DNA of 60,998 nucleotides, filler included. It is 3 parts of 3 records of this genome, joined end to end, with 100 filler letters (N's around TTAATTAATTAA, not from the genome) between each part and the next. Parts side by side here need not be neighbours in the genome. Positions count along the whole stretch, not along the records: positions 49,275 to 60,998 come from DRR723986_8227; 2 more parts are not named here. One strand, given 5' to 3'. The notes beneath the pieces are model-generated. The model worked only from the letters and a program-made list of their open reading frames with translations, searched no databases and was not told the DNA's origin. Shown here one piece after another: positions 59,315-60,998 of the stretch (position 1 is the stretch's first letter; each line of letters starts with the position of its first letter). Both the position numbers and the translations under genes were made by a program.

Positions 59315-60349
59315 CTATTGAACAGTGTGGCTGTCATGATCCCGGCCACCCGGTTCGCCGCGAATATCGGCAACCGCGTCCAGGAAATAGGCCACGAACT
59401 GGATCATCATGGAAACGGCGAACACGCCCAGGAAACCCGCCATGAGATATTTCACGTAAAGACCGAAGCCGGCCTGCGTGGTCTCATAGGTCAGGATCGG
59501 GCTGTTGATGATGTTCTGCTTGCCGCCCATGCCGATGACCAGGATGACGGTACAAAGGCTGATGCCGAGCACAACGGAACCGACCGCGTTGACGATGCCC
59601 TTGGCTCTCGAGGACAGGCCCGCATAGAAGATGTCGACCCGAACATGCCCTTCTTCAAGCAGCGTGTAGGCACTGGCGAACAGGAACAGCGCCGCGTACC
59701 AGAACCGCACGAGATCGGCGAGGAAGGCCTGCTCGTAGGAGAAGACGAAACGGCCGATCACGATCATCAGTTCGGCGGCAACCACCAGAAGCGCAAGCCA
59801 GGTGAAGCCGAGCGTGCGGGTGAAGGCTGCGATCACGAATGAAAGCGCGATCAGCGGCATGTGCACATAAGGGCCCCGGAACTGCGATTTGCCGAGATCG
59901 TCGGCAAGCGCCTGTCCGACGACATCGGGCAGAAAGCCCTCGATGCGCAGGAACGAGATCGCGCTGTCGACCAACCCGACGATCAGCACCGCGAAGAAGC
60001 AGGCCCTGATGAGATAGGCGTTGATGTTGGTGATCCGGACGCTGTCTTCACGCAGCGTGTTTCCGTTCGTCCGCACATAGCCGAAGGCCAACAGGACAAA
60101 CGCCGCATAGAGCGCCAATTGCAACCAGGACCAGAGAATCGGCATGGATCCATTGGCCGCGCCGCCGAAGATGGGCGCAATGCCTGGTAGGTCTTGCCAA
60201 TAGGTCAGGTAGTTGTTGAGCAGAAACGCCGTCATGATCGCCAATACGATCCAGCCGCACAGGCGGAAGAAGCGGGCGCTCTCCGGCGAGGCTTTACCAC
60301 CGGAATTCATAACAGGCGAGCCGTCTTGAACATTGTCCAAGGCCGTCAT
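59315..60349 (-). CDS. dctQ: TRAP transporter small permease (extended)
   Basis: AYTLLEEGHVRVDIFY; lies between dctP and dctM. Confidence 0.88.
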   Translation of the reverse strand: MTALDNVQDGSPVMNSGGKASPESARFFRLCGWIVLAIMTAFLLNNYLTYWQDLPGIAPIFGGAANGSMPILWSWLQLALYAAFVLLAFGYVRTNGNTLREDSVRITNINAYLIRACFFAVLIVGLVDSAISFLRIEGFLPDVVGQALADDLGKSQFRGPYVHMPLIALSFVIAAFTRTLGFTWLALLVVAAELMIVIGRFVFSYEQAFLADLVRFWYAALFLFASAYTLLEEGHVRVDIFYAGLSSRAKGIVNAVGSVVLGISLCTVILVIGMGGKQNIINSPILTYETTQAGFGLYVKYLMAGFLGVFAVSMMIQFVAYFLDAVADIRGEPGGRDHDSHTVQ

Positions 60350-60382
60350 CGTGGCTGTGCCTTTTTATCTTTGTCTAAGAAG

Positions 60383-60409
60383 AAGGGACGGGATTTCTCC
60401 CGCCCCTTT
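60383..60409 (-). other. Stem-loop between dctP and dctQ
   Basis: AAGGGACGGGA/TCCCGCCCCTT; typical differential-stability hairpin after a binding-protein gene. Confidence 0.55.
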
Positions 60410-60424
60410 TATTTGCTCAACCGA

Positions 60425-60998
60425 TTACTTCGGAATGCCGAGGTAACGGTTACGCTTGTTGCTGTAGGCAATGTCGGCGATCGCCATGTAGCTGCCGATT
60501 TCCTGACGTGCGTTGATGACGCTCTCGAAGATCTTCTTGGACAGCGGGGAATGATCCATCGCTTCTTCCAGAACTTCCTGAGCGGCTTCACCGAAGCTGT
60601 CGTAGATCTCGTCGGAGAATTCACGCAGCTCAACGCCGTGCTCGTTGATCAGGCGGGTCAGGTACTTACCGTTGTTGGCGTTGGTTTCAGCCATCGTGTT
60701 GGAGTTTTCTTCCGCACACGCTGCAACGATGATCTGCTGATCGACCTTGTCGAGGCCATCCCAGAATGCCTTGTTCATGCCCAGAGCAAGCATGGCGCCC
60801 GGCTCGTGCATGCCCGGGTAGTAGTAGTACTTGGCAGCTTCGTAGAACTTCATGAAGTAGTCGTTGAACGGACCAACCCACTCGGTTGCATCGATCGCGC
60901 CGGAAACAAGGTTTTCGTAGATCTGGCCGCCCGGCAGGGAGACCGGAGACGCGCCGAGTTTCGCCATGACGTCGCCGCCCTGACCCGGAATACGCATC
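60425..60998 (-). CDS. dctP: TRAP substrate-binding protein (TakP-like), 5' end outside the window
   Basis: MRIPG.GG, GAIDATEWVGP, YYYYPGMHEPG. Confidence 0.9.
   Translation of the reverse strand, partial: MRIPGQGGDVMAKLGASPVSLPGGQIYENLVSGAIDATEWVGPFNDYFMKFYEAAKYYYYPGMHEPGAMLALGMNKAFWDGLDKVDQQIIVAACAEENSNTMAETNANNGKYLTRLINEHGVELREFSDEIYDSFGEAAQEVLEEAMDHSPLSKKIFESVINARQEIGSYMAIADIAYSNKRNRYLGIPK

Noticed and set aside
57197-59842. 881-aa ORF on the + strand
   Set aside because: Antisense shadow of dctM/dctQ in GC-rich DNA; no recognisable motifs.

Overview
The window is three unrelated contigs joined by artificial 100-bp N/TTAATTAATTAA linkers (23457-23556, 49175-49274). Taxonomy below is inferred from gene content and composition only. 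Contig 1 (1-23456) is an FCB-group bacterium, possibly Kapabacteria/Ignavibacteria-like. It carries a CpoB-like TPR lipoprotein, egtB-egtD (ergothioneine), PBP2, a solute-binding protein, TlpA, rarA, a heptaheme cytochrome plus membrane protein, comEC, rpmB, TPR-DUF4292-lptD, a DUF1990-like gene and a TIMP-like secreted protein. A degenerate non-coding repeat family occupies its large intergenic gaps and both contig ends. Contig 2 (23557-49174) is an AT-rich Bacteroidota (Flavobacteriales-like) segment with mostly housekeeping, T9SS-cargo and envelope genes, an orphan YrhB/Imm35-like gene with cassette-like flanks and a candidate structured sRNA. Contig 3 (49275-60998) is a GC-rich Alphaproteobacterium (Roseibium/Rhizobiales-like) with a partial porin, mucR, a 91-aa ORF, a Csp-like S8 protease, a hybrid kinase/response regulator pair, DUF4336 and an enlarged TRAP transporter. 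Best candidates for something new: (1) a stand-alone propeptide-like protein encoded convergently with a signal-less subtilase, a putative protease/inhibitor pair; (2) the cassette-like orphan immunity gene; (3) the contig-1 repeat family and a 17-bp-phased TTAACA array. No rRNA, tRNA, CRISPR array, transposase or integrase was recognised. All family calls come from motif recognition by eye, not database searches.
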